Source of the DNA: Balanoglossus misakiensis
Taxonomy: Eukaryota > Animalia > Hemichordata
DNA: 64,000 nt
NCBI GenBank assembly: GCA_040954595.2
Contig: CM082578.2
Location: 3,454,831-3,518,830 of the forward strand
Direction of reading: 5' to 3'
This document shows, in pieces, positions 63,701-64,000 of this stretch. Positions within the stretch are counted from its first letter, which is position 1; the number at the start of each line of letters is the position of its first letter. The notes below the pieces were generated by a model. The model had not been told where the DNA came from. It worked only from the letters and a program-made list of their open reading frames with translations, and did no database searches. The position numbers and the translations under genes were made by a program.

Positions 63701-64000
63701 TATTTAAAACATTTTCTTACGTGGCAGGGGGACACCCCCTCCCAAACCCACCCCCTTCACATCTCGGTTTAAATGTCTGCCAACACAGAATACAAATACT
63801 TAAAAAATATAAACAATGTTCAGTTTTAATACCCACTGATAAGGGAAAACATCAGGTTCAAATTCTTTTCATGGATAGATAGGTGATGTGTTCTGCTGTG
63901 TGAAAGAAAATGGGGGGATTTCACAATTTTAGCAGTTCGAAAGGGGGGTGAAAATATTTCGGGTTTTGTACGGGGGGCATGTGAAAATTAACGGTAAAAA
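60721..64000. mobile_element. Nest of Harbinger-like non-autonomous elements
   Basis: Element A (32261 family) starts TTA|GGCTGCATT at 60721, is interrupted at TAA by element B (60841-63425, TAA TSD) and resumes at 63429 to the window end; B holds a partial A copy (~61313-63227) that is itself interrupted by 61483-62964. Confidence 0.8.

Overview
AT-rich, intron-containing animal genomic DNA; the repeat landscape suggests a marine invertebrate (inference, not proven). It contains: (1) six coding exons of VPS26C/DSCR3 on + (1149-10512; first exon lies upstream of the window); (2) a tandem array at 16.8-38.4 kb of an unrecognised 4-exon gene family encoding ~200-aa secreted cysteine-rich proteins, invisible in the ORF track because it is spliced (three intact copies, three pseudogenes, one orphan last exon); (3) two decayed non-LTR retrotransposons, one with a 2A/StopGo-like motif in ORF1 and two MITE insertions, one Tx1/L1-like with zinc knuckles and a 12-bp TSD; (4) an SLC16/MCT pseudogene plus partial duplicate, a mitochondrial-clan P450 fragment and other gene relics; (5) many non-autonomous DNA elements (TTAA, TWA, 9-bp and 5-bp TSD types, Helentron-like), tRNA-derived SINEs, and recurrent TA to TACATGTA/TAGGCCTA micro-insertions. 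All calls were made by eye; no database search was run.
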